Assembly: GCA_964587015.1 (NCBI GenBank)
Contig: CAZPKI010000001.1
Location: 1-47,628 of the forward strand
DNA from: an uncultured Limnohabitans sp.
Lineage (GTDB): Bacteria > Bacteroidota > Bacteroidia > Cytophagales > Cyclobacteriaceae
Direction of reading: 5' to 3'
Length of the DNA: 47,628 bases
In this document: piece by piece, positions 1-10,276 of the stretch
How positions within the stretch are numbered: the stretch's first letter is position 1
Layout of the letters: each line of letters opens with the position of its first letter
Translations under genes and position numbers: made by a program
Notes under the pieces: generated by a model
The model's database searches: none
The model's input: the letters and a program-made list of their open reading frames with translations, nothing else
What the model was told of the DNA's origin: nothing

Positions 1-2
1 AA

Positions 3-1877
3 GAATACCTGGAGGCTACGCTGAAAAATGGATTTTCATCCAAAACTAGTGGCAAAGCACCTGTCTTGAAGATTCGATTGGAGCAGGTAGCCTCCCTACC
101 TAAGGAAGGTTATACGCTAAAAACCACAAGTGGACAGGTACTGATTCAGGCCTCAAGCACGACTGGAGCCTTGTATGGGGTCAATTCCTTTTTGGCGCTA
201 TTGCCTCCCGCATTTTGGAAGGATGGGGTGCAAGAACTTATGCTTCCTCAGGTAGAAATTGAAGATGCTCCGGCATTTGGTTATCGAGGCCTGTTTTTGG
301 ATGTCGCTCGCAACTTCCAATCCAAGGAACAAGTGTTCAAACTCTTGGACCTCATGTCTTTCTACAAGTTGAATGTATTCCACTTCAACTTGGCCAATGA
401 CGAGGGATGGAGAATCGAAATTCCAGGGTTGCCAGAATTGACCGAATTCGGAGGCCGTAGAGGCTTTTCTGTGGATGAGTCCGAATTTCTATGGCCTTAC
501 TATGCTTCTGGAGCAGATCCTAACCAAAGTACTTCGGGCACTGGCTTCTATACAGCAGCAGATTTTCAGGAAATCTTAACCTACGCCAAGGAAAGAAACA
601 TCGAAGTGATCCCTGAACTCGGTGTACCTGCACATTCTAGAGCTGCAATCTTGGCAATGGAAAAGCGATACCGAACCTTCATGAAGGCCGGAAAGGAGAA
701 AGAAGCACTTGCCTACAGACTGGCGGATCCAGAAGATGAATCCAAGTACCTATCTGCACAAAATTTCAAAGGCAATACAGTGTGCGTATGCCAAGAATCT
801 ACTTATGCTTTCTACGAAAAGCTAGTCGTTGAAATTGGTAAAATGTATGCTTCCGCAGGCGTGGAGGCTAAAAATTGGCACAGTGGAGGAGATGAGGTGC
901 CCAAGGGTGTCTGGACCGCATCTCCTATTTGTGCAGACTTTTTGGCTAAAAACCCCCAACTCCAAACAGGTGATCTGATCGATTATTTCCGTGAGCGAAC
1001 TGCGACCATTCTTCAAAAGTACGGCTGGAAGATGGGTGGATGGGAAGAAATTGGTCAGACCCACGGTACTGCTTCAGTTAGTCCCAATCTAAAATTCGCC
1101 AACCAAGATTGGAAACTCTATGCCTGGAATGCAGTAGCAGGCTGGGGTGGAGAAGACATGGCCTACAAACTTGCGAATGCAGGCTACCCGGTTATTATTT
1201 GTTCTAGCGCCAATTTCTACTTTGATCTGGCTTACTCCTGGGATCCTGATGAGCGAGGGCATAGTTGGAGTGGGGTAGTCGATTTGTATCAATCCTGGAA
1301 AGCCGTGCCCGGGAAATTATACCTGTCTCATGATCAAACCATCGATGGCAAGCCCTGGAACTGGTCGGAGCAAGCACAAAAATTCACTAAACTAACTGAC
1401 CAAGGTCGCCAGAATATCATCGGTGTTTCTGGACAAATATGGACAGAAACGATTAAAGGTGGCGAAATGCTGGAATATTACCTTTTCCCCAAAATGTTGG
1501 GCTACGTAGAACGCGCGTGGAATGGAGATCCTGACTGGTCGAATCAAGCGACAGAAGTCGAAATGAAGGTAGGAAGAGCGAAAGAATGGAACCAGTTTGT
1601 GAATCTCGTGAGTCAGCGCGAACTCCCACGACTTGAGCACATCTTTGGTGGAGTTGAATTTAGACTTCCCAAACCAGGTGTTTCAATTATCAATGAACAA
1701 GTGATGGTAAATTCAGGATTTCCAGGAATGTTGATTCGCTACACGGACTCTGGGCAAGAACCAACGGAAACCTCCCCAATTTACAGAGAACCAATTTACG
1801 TAAGACCTGGATATACGCCTCGATTTAAGCTGTTTATGCCCTCCGGAAAAAGCGGCTTGAGTTCCGGTGTTAATTAA
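3..1877 (+). CDS. GH20 beta-N-acetylhexosaminidase (chitobiase-like), 5'-truncated
   Basis: Frame open from position 3, so the true start is upstream of the window. GH20 motifs YRGLFLDVARNF, NDEGWRIEI, PAHSRAA and catalytic HSGGDE; C-terminal IRYTDSGQEPT module. Confidence 0.93.
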   Translation, partial: EYLEATLKNGFSSKTSGKAPVLKIRLEQVASLPKEGYTLKTTSGQVLIQASSTTGALYGVNSFLALLPPAFWKDGVQELMLPQVEIEDAPAFGYRGLFLDVARNFQSKEQVFKLLDLMSFYKLNVFHFNLANDEGWRIEIPGLPELTEFGGRRGFSVDESEFLWPYYASGADPNQSTSGTGFYTAADFQEILTYAKERNIEVIPELGVPAHSRAAILAMEKRYRTFMKAGKEKEALAYRLADPEDESKYLSAQNFKGNTVCVCQESTYAFYEKLVVEIGKMYASAGVEAKNWHSGGDEVPKGVWTASPICADFLAKNPQLQTGDLIDYFRERTATILQKYGWKMGGWEEIGQTHGTASVSPNLKFANQDWKLYAWNAVAGWGGEDMAYKLANAGYPVIICSSANFYFDLAYSWDPDERGHSWSGVVDLYQSWKAVPGKLYLSHDQTIDGKPWNWSEQAQKFTKLTDQGRQNIIGVSGQIWTETIKGGEMLEYYLFPKMLGYVERAWNGDPDWSNQATEVEMKVGRAKEWNQFVNLVSQRELPRLEHIFGGVEFRLPKPGVSIINEQVMVNSGFPGMLIRYTDSGQEPTETSPIYREPIYVRPGYTPRFKLFMPSGKSGLSSGVN

Positions 1878-2614
1878 AGCATCTTGACTAAGGGCTTGTA
1901 GGCTTCGAGCAAGGCTTCATTGTGGGTTGCTCCTTGATCAGAGTTGGAACTCGCAAAAACTTCTGGTACAATCCCTTGAGCGAGAAGTTGTGCGGTAGCC
2001 TCAACGCAAACCGCTTGCAAGATTGCAGTACCGATTACGGTAGAGGTAGGTCCAACCGGCGTTATTAAGCCTTCTAGGTAAAGTGCGGAGTCTCCAATGT
2101 CCCCGAAATTATCCAAGACCACATCTCCCAGTTGGTACAGTTTGAGTCCAGAGGAGTGCCTAGATGATACGGATTTGCTATGCGCCAAATTGGTGATGAC
2201 CATTACTTTTGCTCCCTTCTTCCGCGCAAAACTAGCCAATTCAATAGGGACTGAATTCCTTCCTGAATTCGAAGAAATTAGTAATACATCTTTTTCCGTG
2301 ATTTCATACTCTTGAAAAAGGAGAGGGGCATAGCCCTCTTTTCGTTCCTCTTCGGTGCTTCCTGTGGCACTTTCATGTAGCATTAGCTTCGGAAGTAGAA
2401 GTGGACGAACTCGAGCAAAGCCGCCAGCTCTATAAAAAACTTCCTCAGCCAGCATGTGGGAATGACCCGTACCACAGGCGTAAATCCAGCCGTTATTTTT
2501 TAAGGCAGCTGAAATGTAGGAAGCGGCTTCCCTAATTTCTTTTTCCTGCTGGAAAGCCTTCTCCATTTTTTCAGTAAGGAGCAGCTGATAGTTGTGGTAG
2601 GCGGTAGCAGCCAT
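1874..2614 (-). CDS. SIS-domain sugar isomerase/sugar-phosphate-binding protein (UPF0309-like)
   Basis: GTGHSHMLAEEVFYRAGG, ISSNSGRN, GPTSTV motifs. ATG at 2614 preferred because 2653 overlaps the upstream gene. Stop overlaps the GH20 stop (TTAA 1874-1877). Confidence 0.85.
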   Translation of the reverse strand: MAATAYHNYQLLLTEKMEKAFQQEKEIREAASYISAALKNNGWIYACGTGHSHMLAEEVFYRAGGFARVRPLLLPKLMLHESATGSTEEERKEGYAPLLFQEYEITEKDVLLISSNSGRNSVPIELASFARKKGAKVMVITNLAHSKSVSSRHSSGLKLYQLGDVVLDNFGDIGDSALYLEGLITPVGPTSTVIGTAILQAVCVEATAQLLAQGIVPEVFASSNSDQGATHNEALLEAYKPLVKML

Positions 2615-2633
2615 GGCAAGGGGAAGTAAAGAT

Positions 2634-4742
2634 TTAGTGCAGTAAAATTTCATCTACAAATACCCAACCTTTGGCACCAGCACCAGGATGCCAGCTGGGT
2701 AATTTGGAAATGGGCTGTGCTTTCAAGCGAATTTGATCCATTGGGCCAGCAGGTAAGGGAATCGATACTAAACCAAATCGAGGTTCTTCCACCTTGGTGG
2801 AACTAGCTTGTGCTGGGTTAGTTACTTTTTTCCATACTCCTTTATTCCCAATCCACACTTCAAGAGTTTGTGGAGGAAAGATGTAGGCTCCTTCATGCAG
2901 GAGAAAACTTACTTCCAGAAGTTTTGGTTGTGCTGATCCAATAGCTACGGTGATGTCTAAAGGCTTTTCTGAAAATCCTAACCAATCTCCAGTGGTATGA
3001 TTGGCTTTTGCCTTTATGCCATCAAACAAGCTGGCAGCTCCTTTCGCAGCATATTTTGGGTTGGGGGGATTGACTAAATTGTAGGTAGTTGGGGTGATCC
3101 CTTTTTTAATCAAAAGTTCTTTAGTAGCTGTACTTCCTATCCAACCTGCAGCAAAGGCCCTCGCTCGGATGGGTGTAGATGCGTTGAGCACGATGGGTTC
3201 TTTGTAAATGGGACTGCTTACACTATCTGGGAGGCTTCCATCTAGCGTGTAGCGTATCTCAGTAGATCGAATGGGATGTGTTAAGCTTACCTCAGTTTCC
3301 CCCTCAAATAGGGTGCTTTCAAACTTTATTTTTGGTGGATTTAGGGCGTAAATCACTCCATTCCCCTCATAGCCAAAGTCAAGTTGAGTAGTGGATAGCG
3401 CCTTAGTCAATTGATTTTTTTGCTGCTCTTTGAGTCCGGTTTGCCAGAGGTAAAGGTGCCGTAGCTTTCGCATGCTTACCAAGGCTTTGATTCCTTCCTC
3501 ATCCAGTGTATTTCCTGAAATGGCTAGAACTTCAAGTTTGGGTAAGGTTACCAGCTCCTTGAGTTGATTTCCTGTTAGGGAAGTAAAGTTGAGGTAAAGC
3601 GACTCAAGATTTTGAAAACCAGCTAGTAAACTTAAGTCTGCTTCTTCAAGAGGCATGCGGCTCAAATTGAGTTTGACCACCTGATCTTGGACTACCTTGA
3701 GCTCTGCCAAGGACTTGGCATCAAAAGCGGAGGATCCATAATATGCAACCTCTAGCGCGGGCGATCCTGGGTAAATGGGTCTTACCTTTCTGAAAAAGGT
3801 GGTTAGCTCCGCAACATCATCTTGGTCAGCAGCTGAAAAGTCATAAGATTTTTGAGCTGAAAATCGAGAAGCCACCAGTTGGAAAAGGGGTTCTTCCTGG
3901 GGGAGATCCATCACTTTTTGATCAAAGGCTGCACCTGAGCTCACCCAAAGGCTAAGAATTTCCAGCTCCTCTTCGGTAAGCTGAAGCTTATTTTTTGGAG
4001 GCATGTGCTCTTCCTCCTCTAGCGGGAGGTGGATGCGTTGGATAAGCAAGGAAAGTTCAGGTTTACCTGCCACAAAGAGCGCTCCAGACTTCCCGCCTTT
4101 TTCGATGCCAGCAAGAAGATCCAAACGTAGGTCGCCTTTGATTTTTCCTTCCTGGTGACAAGCAATGCATTTTGATTCAAAAATTGGCTGAACAAGATCT
4201 CTAAAAACCTCTGCATCGGCTAGGGAAAGAGGTTCTTCGCTCGTTAGCTGCAAAGGAGCAAGCAAGAAATCTTCTCCATGGGTAAGTGCAGCGCCGTAAT
4301 GACCTGCAAGCACCAGAAGTAAGGCGAGGCTAAGGGATAGGGAGCGTAGGATAGTGATGGCACGATCACGCAAGAAGTAAAGCGCCACTGCAACTCCTTG
4401 GCTGCTGATTGCAGTCCATTTATGCCAGGAAATGGCGTCACCGGAATAGTCCTCTGTGGCGAGGAAAAGTCCCGCCACCACTGTTGCTCCTGCTAGATTG
4501 GCTCCAATCAATAGGAGCCAAGTGAAGTAGCGCATTCGATTTTCATCTCGAATCCACAGCAGCGAAGCGCCCAAAAGCAGGAGGACAATTGGGAAGTGCA
4601 GGAGCAAGGGGTGCAACCTTCCCACTACCTGTAGCCAAGTTGGAAGTTGTAAATTTTCTCCTCCAACAAGTAGAATAGCCGTTAATCCACACCAAAAAAT
4701 GAGGAGATTTTCAAGTAAAATTTTAGGCTTCAAGAGATTCAA
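2634..4742 (-). CDS. Membrane protein with planctomycete-type cytochrome c, LRR and Fn3-associated domains
   Basis: N-terminal TM helices with GRLHPLLLHFPI; CIACH heme motif and HMPPK; LRR-like repeats (LESLYLNFT, LEVLAISGN, LRHLYLWQT); IRYTLDGSLP; C-terminal WVFVDEI. Confidence 0.8.
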   Translation of the reverse strand: MNLLKPKILLENLLIFWCGLTAILLVGGENLQLPTWLQVVGRLHPLLLHFPIVLLLLGASLLWIRDENRMRYFTWLLLIGANLAGATVVAGLFLATEDYSGDAISWHKWTAISSQGVAVALYFLRDRAITILRSLSLSLALLLVLAGHYGAALTHGEDFLLAPLQLTSEEPLSLADAEVFRDLVQPIFESKCIACHQEGKIKGDLRLDLLAGIEKGGKSGALFVAGKPELSLLIQRIHLPLEEEEHMPPKNKLQLTEEELEILSLWVSSGAAFDQKVMDLPQEEPLFQLVASRFSAQKSYDFSAADQDDVAELTTFFRKVRPIYPGSPALEVAYYGSSAFDAKSLAELKVVQDQVVKLNLSRMPLEEADLSLLAGFQNLESLYLNFTSLTGNQLKELVTLPKLEVLAISGNTLDEEGIKALVSMRKLRHLYLWQTGLKEQQKNQLTKALSTTQLDFGYEGNGVIYALNPPKIKFESTLFEGETEVSLTHPIRSTEIRYTLDGSLPDSVSSPIYKEPIVLNASTPIRARAFAAGWIGSTATKELLIKKGITPTTYNLVNPPNPKYAAKGAASLFDGIKAKANHTTGDWLGFSEKPLDITVAIGSAQPKLLEVSFLLHEGAYIFPPQTLEVWIGNKGVWKKVTNPAQASSTKVEEPRFGLVSIPLPAGPMDQIRLKAQPISKLPSWHPGAGAKGWVFVDEILLH

Positions 4743-4754
4743 CTGGAGTAGAGG

Positions 4755-6209
4755 TTAGGCAATTAAATCAGATACTACTTTGCCATGAACATCGGTCAGT
4801 CGGTACCTTCTTCCCAAGTGTTTGTAGATCAGTTTCTCATGGTCTATGCCCATCAGATGCATGACTGTAGCTTGGAAATCGTGGACATGAACCGGGTTTT
4901 CTTGGATGTTGTATCCAAAATCATCCGTTTCACCATAGACCATCCCAGATTTCACACCTCCACCGGCCATGAATATGGAAAATGCGCGTGGGTGGTGGTC
5001 GCGTCCATAGTTTTCGGGAGCGATTTTTCCTTGGCAGTAGTTCGTTCTTCCAAATTCCCCACCCCAAATCACCAAGGTTTCATCTAGAAGCCCTCGTTGC
5101 TTGAGATCAGTGATTAATGCAGCAGAAGCTTGATCTACATCTTTGGCTTGGCCAATCATCTGATTGGGGAGATTGTCATGCGTATCCCAGCCTTGGTGGT
5201 ACAGCTGCACAAACCGAACTCCATTTTCAGAAAGTTTCCGTGCCAAAAGGCAATTGGCGGCATAGGTTCCTGGTACTAGACAATCTGGTCCATACAGCTT
5301 CACTACTGCATCTGGTTCTTTGCTGACATCGGTGATTTCCGGAACGGCAGTTTGCATACGGAAAGCCATCTCGTATTGCTGAACCTTGGTGGTGATCTGA
5401 GGGTCATTAAACTCCTGGTAGCTAAGTTCATTCATGGCTGCCAGCTGATCCAGCATCCTTCTTCGTTGATTCTTGCTCATGCCTTCTGCATCGGAGAGGT
5501 AGAGGACAGGATCTTCTGAACTCGAGAACTGTACCCCCTGGTGCCTTGCATCCAAGAAGCCACTTGACCACAATTTTGAGTAGACCCCTTGTCCATTTCC
5601 CTTGCCCCGGCTGAGAAGCACACAGAAGGCAGGAAGGTTTTCATTTTCGCTTCCCAACCCATAGCTCAGCCAGGAGCCCATGCTAGGGCGATTGCCTACC
5701 TGGGCTCCTGTTTGGAAAAAGGTAAGTGCCGGATCATGGTTGATCGCTTCGGTATGCATGGATTTGATGATACAAAGGTCGTCAACCACAGAAGAGATGT
5801 GTGGGAAAAGAGAAGAGATCCAAGCCCTACTTTGTCCGTATTGGTTGAAATCAAAGTAGGAGCCCACCAATGGAAAGGAGCTTTGTCCGGCAGTCATTCC
5901 TGTGAGACGCTGTCCCGCGCGGATGGATTCGGGAAGTTCCTGTCCAAAACTTTTTATCAGTTGTGGTTTGTAATCAAAAGTTTCCAACTGGGAAGGGGCA
6001 CCATTTTGAAAGAGGTAAATAATGCGCTTCGCCTTAGGTGCAAAATGGGGCAATGCCCGCATTAAAGATTCTTCGGCTTCCTTTTTTCCTGAGAATAGGT
6101 CTGGAATCAATAAAGACCCCAAGGCAACACTTCCTAAGCCAAGGCTCACGCGGGAAAGAAATTTCCTTCGATTGTGATTGAGTCCTTGTTCTAAAAATTC
6201 TTTGTCCAT
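4755..6209 (-). CDS. DUF1501 family protein (alkaline phosphatase/sulfatase-like fold), Tat-exported
   Basis: Twin-Arg NRRKFL; family motifs KAKRIIYLFQNGAPSQLETFDYKP, GWDTH, WGGEFGRT, GRDHHP. Confidence 0.9.
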   Translation of the reverse strand: MDKEFLEQGLNHNRRKFLSRVSLGLGSVALGSLLIPDLFSGKKEAEESLMRALPHFAPKAKRIIYLFQNGAPSQLETFDYKPQLIKSFGQELPESIRAGQRLTGMTAGQSSFPLVGSYFDFNQYGQSRAWISSLFPHISSVVDDLCIIKSMHTEAINHDPALTFFQTGAQVGNRPSMGSWLSYGLGSENENLPAFCVLLSRGKGNGQGVYSKLWSSGFLDARHQGVQFSSSEDPVLYLSDAEGMSKNQRRRMLDQLAAMNELSYQEFNDPQITTKVQQYEMAFRMQTAVPEITDVSKEPDAVVKLYGPDCLVPGTYAANCLLARKLSENGVRFVQLYHQGWDTHDNLPNQMIGQAKDVDQASAALITDLKQRGLLDETLVIWGGEFGRTNYCQGKIAPENYGRDHHPRAFSIFMAGGGVKSGMVYGETDDFGYNIQENPVHVHDFQATVMHLMGIDHEKLIYKHLGRRYRLTDVHGKVVSDLIA

Positions 6210-6210
6210 A

Positions 6211-8520
6211 TCAACTTTTAGTAATGGTTTCTTCCAAATTGTAGAGGCTGATAATCACCTGCATGAGTGCTGCATTTTGTGGGGTGATGGCTCGAGGTAG
6301 GATGGGGTACTCCCCAACATCCAAGATCGCCGCTGCGTCTTTTGGATTCGTTTGGAAATGTTTAAGCTCGGTGTTGTAGTAATTTTGGAGCAATTCTTTT
6401 TCTTCGGTCTTCAATTCTCGACACACAATTCGTTTGAATGCTTCGCCTATGGCTTGATCCGATTGGGTGAATTTTTCGGAAAGTCGGGTAGACAATACAC
6501 GAGCAGCTTCCAAAATCATGGGATCATTCATCATGGCGAGTGCTTGCAGCGGGGTATTGGTTCGATTTCGAGTGATCTCACATCGGTCTCGATTGCTCGA
6601 GTCGAAGATGATCGCTTTTGGTGGGGGAACTGTTAATTTGATGAAGTTGTAAATTCCTCTGCGATACAATTTGTTGCCGGTATCCTGTTGGTAGTTGGCG
6701 AGTACCCCACGACCAGAAGTAGCCGCTTCCCAAAGCCCCGAGGGCTGGTAGGGCTTAACACTTGGTCCTCCAATCTCTCCTACCAATAACCCGCTTGAAG
6801 CAAGTACGAGGTCTTGAATATTTTCAGCAGGAAGCCGAATTCGTGGAGCTCGGGCTAAATAAAAGTTGTCAGGGTCAATCTCCATATGCTTGGAAGAAAT
6901 ACTTGCTGACTGTCTGTAAGTGGCTGAAAGTAAGATCTTTTTGAGTAGTCCTTTCATGTTCCAGCCTTGCTCCATAAAATCTGCTGCTAGCCAATTGAGG
7001 AGTTCAGGATGGGTAGGGAGGTCGCCTTGCATCCCAAAATCACCTGCAGATTTGACAATCCCTCTTCCAAAGATTTCTTGCCAGATTAGGTTGACAAATA
7101 CACGTGCTGTAAGTGGATTATCCCGACTAGTGGTCCACTTGGCAAGTCCTAGTCGATTTTTTTCAAAGGAGGGCGAGAAGGATAAGATGGAAGTGGGGGT
7201 AGATGCTTCTACAGGTAGGGTAGGAGCATCGTATGCCCCTCTATTGAGGATGTAGGTAGTTCTTTTCTCTTCCAATTCACCCATCACAGAAATACTCAGT
7301 TTGCTTGTGTCTTGATGATTGATGAAGCTTAGGATGCCATCCAAATCGTCTCGTTCTACCCAAAGAATTGGCGTTTTTGCTGGTTTGGACACACTCACAT
7401 CCCCCTCAAAGCCTTTTTCTTGGGAGTTGTTAAAAAAAGCATAGAGCTGGTAATATTCCTTTTGAGATACAGGATCATACTTGTGGTCATGGCACTGGGC
7501 ACATTCCATCGTGATGCCGAGGATACCTTTACTGAAGGTGTTGGTTTTGTCCAACACATACTCGACACGGTACTCTTCTTCAATGATACCACCTTCTTCA
7601 GTGTATTTGTGATTTCGATTGAAGGCAGTTGCCAAGATTTGCTCTTTGGTAGGATTGGGTAGCAGGTCACCTGCTAGCTGCCAAGTCAAGAATTTATCGT
7701 AGGGTAAATTTTTATTGAAGGCATGAATCACCCAATCGCGGTAGGGCCATTGGCTTCGGATGTTATCGTCTTGGTAGCCATAGCTGTCGGAGTAGCGAGA
7801 TATATCCAGCCAGAGAATTGCCATTTTCTCTCCATAAGCTGAGCTATTGAGCAATTGGTCTAGTAATTTATCGTAGGTGTTTCCCCCTTTGAAACCTGCA
7901 TATTTTTCCAAGATCTCTAGGGATGGAGGGAGTCCTGTGAGGTCTAAGCTTGCACGCTTGATCAGTTCGAAGGAGCTTGCTTCAGGATTTGGTTCCAGCC
8001 CTTTAGATTTCAATTTCACTCCTACAAACTGGTCGATTTCGTTGTTGCCCCAATCGGCGTAGGGAACTTTTGGTTTTTCTACTCGTGTAAAAGCCCAATG
8101 TGGTTCATAGGCAGCACCTTGTTCGATCCAGCGGGTGATCAACTGAATCTCGGTATCGGTAAGGCTGAGGTTTGATTCCGGTGGAGGCATGATCAAGCTC
8201 GCGTCAGTGCTTGTGATGCGGTGGTAAACTTCCGAGTTGAGCGGTTTTCCTGCTACGAGTGCAAATTTGCCAGGACTTTCTTTTAAGGCTGCAAAAGCAC
8301 CTTCCTCCGTATCTAGTCGGAGGTTCGCTTCTCGCTTATTGGCATCGGGACCATGGCAAGAAAAGCACTTGTCTGAAAGGATTGGGCGAATATGGAAGTT
8401 ATAACTCAGCTGTTCTCCTTCCAGTAATTCAGGAGGGGTGGCGGATTTTTCTGAGCAACTCCAAAAGGAAACGATGCTCAAGGTCCAAATAAGCCCTCGA
8501 ATAAGGCTTGAGTAGGTCAT
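6211..8520 (-). CDS. Planctomycete cytochrome c (PSCyt1) + DUF1549 + DUF1553 protein
   Basis: IRPILSDKCFSCHGPD, HWAF, YRDWVI, CAQCHDHKYDP, PTHPELLNWLA, NTPLQAL. ATG at 8520 gives a signal peptide with a possible lipobox (FWSC). Confidence 0.9.
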   Translation of the reverse strand: MTYSSLIRGLIWTLSIVSFWSCSEKSATPPELLEGEQLSYNFHIRPILSDKCFSCHGPDANKREANLRLDTEEGAFAALKESPGKFALVAGKPLNSEVYHRITSTDASLIMPPPESNLSLTDTEIQLITRWIEQGAAYEPHWAFTRVEKPKVPYADWGNNEIDQFVGVKLKSKGLEPNPEASSFELIKRASLDLTGLPPSLEILEKYAGFKGGNTYDKLLDQLLNSSAYGEKMAILWLDISRYSDSYGYQDDNIRSQWPYRDWVIHAFNKNLPYDKFLTWQLAGDLLPNPTKEQILATAFNRNHKYTEEGGIIEEEYRVEYVLDKTNTFSKGILGITMECAQCHDHKYDPVSQKEYYQLYAFFNNSQEKGFEGDVSVSKPAKTPILWVERDDLDGILSFINHQDTSKLSISVMGELEEKRTTYILNRGAYDAPTLPVEASTPTSILSFSPSFEKNRLGLAKWTTSRDNPLTARVFVNLIWQEIFGRGIVKSAGDFGMQGDLPTHPELLNWLAADFMEQGWNMKGLLKKILLSATYRQSASISSKHMEIDPDNFYLARAPRIRLPAENIQDLVLASSGLLVGEIGGPSVKPYQPSGLWEAATSGRGVLANYQQDTGNKLYRRGIYNFIKLTVPPPKAIIFDSSNRDRCEITRNRTNTPLQALAMMNDPMILEAARVLSTRLSEKFTQSDQAIGEAFKRIVCRELKTEEKELLQNYYNTELKHFQTNPKDAAAILDVGEYPILPRAITPQNAALMQVIISLYNLEETITKS

Positions 8521-8766
8521 GGGTTCAGGTGTTAATCCCAAAAAGTTAAAAATAAATTGGGGATTTTAGGCAATAATTTTAAACTGGAATTTTGGTGAAC
8601 AAGGAAACAATTGGATTAATGCTGCTTTTTTTGATTTTTATACCTACAAATTGTTGCCATTGCTACTAAAAAACTGCAATTCCTTCCGTTATTTGTAGAA
8701 CTAATTCTTAGATGGGCAGTTTTTTGTGCTGCTCAATTTTTTTTGTTGACTCGAGTAAAGCAAATA

Positions 8767-10170
8767 ATGAAAAAAATAAATACGATTTGTTGCATCGGAG
8801 CAGGCTATGTGGGAGGACCTACAATGGCTGTCTTGGCACTCAAATGTCCAGCTATTCGTGTCGTGGTAGTAGATGCCAATGCTGCTCGAATTGATGCTTG
8901 GAATCACGATAATTTAAGTTTTTTACCAGTTTACGAACCTGGTTTGGCCGAGGTAGTTGCCGAAGCTAGAGGGAGAAACTTGTTTTTCTCCAAAGAGGTT
9001 GAGCAGGGAATTGAGGAGGCAGACATGATTTTTATTTCAGTCAATACACCTACCAAAACCTATGGGGAAGGGAAGGGGATGGCTGCTGATTTGAAGTGGG
9101 TTGAGCTCTGTGCACGGCAGATTGCAGCAGTTGCTACCTCCTCCAAAATTGTGGTTGAAAAATCCACCTTGCCTGTGCGGACTGCTCAGGCAATTAAAGA
9201 TATTTTGCTTAATTCTCAGTCTGGAGTTTCTTTCCAAGTACTTTCCAATCCTGAATTTTTAGCTGAGGGGACAGCGGTACAAGACCTATTAAATCCGGAC
9301 CGGGTATTGATTGGGGGTGATCAAAGTGCAGAAGGGAAAGAAGCAATTCAGGCTTTGGCATCGATCTATGCTGCTTGGGTTCCTGAGGAAAGGATTTTGA
9401 CGACAAACCTTTGGTCTTCTGAACTAAGCAAGCTTACTGCAAATGCGTTTTTAGCGCAGCGTGTATCTTCAATCAACTCCATTTCAGAACTCTGTGAGGC
9501 TACAGGAGCAGATGTGGATGATGTAGCCAAAGCCATTGGGATGGATTCTCGAATTGGCCCAAAGTTCTTAAAGGCTTCTGTAGGTTTTGGTGGATCTTGT
9601 TTCAAGAAAGACATCCTCAATTTAGTTTACATCTGTAGGAGTTATCAGTTGCATGCCGTGGCAAATTACTGGGAGCAGGTAATTAAGATTAACGACCATC
9701 AAAAGGCAAGATTTGCGAAGCAAATCATCAAAAGCCTGTACAATACGGTTAATGGAAAGAAAATTGCATTTTTAGGTTGGGCCTTCAAAAAGGATACCAA
9801 CGACACCCGAGAATCTGCAGCCATCTATGTAGCGGATCATCTTTTGGATGAGTGTGCTTCCGTGGTGGTTTACGATCCCAAGGTATCCAAAGAAAAGATT
9901 TATGCGGACTTGGACTTCCTAGAAACTCGTTCAAGTGAAGAAAATAGAAGCCTGGTTCAGGTTGTTGGTTCGGCTTATGAAGCATGCAAAGATGCTGCAG
10001 CTGTTGCCGTTTTAACCGAGTGGGATGAGTTTGTCGTTCTTGACTGGGAGCAGATACATGCGGAGATGAAGCAGCCAGCCACGGTATTTGATGGGAGAAA
10101 TATCTTGGATGCTGCTCGAATGGAAAAGATAGGATTTAGATTTCAGGGAATAGGAAAACCTGCCATTTAG
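8767..10170 (+). CDS. ugd: UDP-glucose 6-dehydrogenase
   Basis: [27 protein letters not shown], catalytic [22 protein letters not shown] at 8767 preferred over TTG 8743. Confidence 0.93.
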   Translation: MKKINTICCIGAGYVGGPTMAVLALKCPAIRVVVVDANAARIDAWNHDNLSFLPVYEPGLAEVVAEARGRNLFFSKEVEQGIEEADMIFISVNTPTKTYGEGKGMAADLKWVELCARQIAAVATSSKIVVEKSTLPVRTAQAIKDILLNSQSGVSFQVLSNPEFLAEGTAVQDLLNPDRVLIGGDQSAEGKEAIQALASIYAAWVPEERILTTNLWSSELSKLTANAFLAQRVSSINSISELCEATGADVDDVAKAIGMDSRIGPKFLKASVGFGGSCFKKDILNLVYICRSYQLHAVANYWEQVIKINDHQKARFAKQIIKSLYNTVNGKKIAFLGWAFKKDTNDTRESAAIYVADHLLDECASVVVYDPKVSKEKIYADLDFLETRSSEENRSLVQVVGSAYEACKDAAAVAVLTEWDEFVVLDWEQIHAEMKQPATVFDGRNILDAARMEKIGFRFQGIGKPAI

Positions 10171-10276
10171 TTTGTTAGCGTAAATTATCTTTTCGGGATT
10201 GAACTCTGAAAATAAATCTCTTTTGATATCAAAAACTAGACGTGCCAAGTATCAATTTGACTAATAGAAATAGCTT

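Noticed and set aside
2600-2607. GGCGGTAG ops-like motif
   Set aside because: Lies inside the SIS gene on its antisense strand, 15 kb from the CIS.
5589-7670. Short alternative-frame ORFs inside the DUF1501 and DUF1553 genes (similar ones occur throughout the window)
   Set aside because: Fully overlap well-supported genes and show no recognisable motifs.
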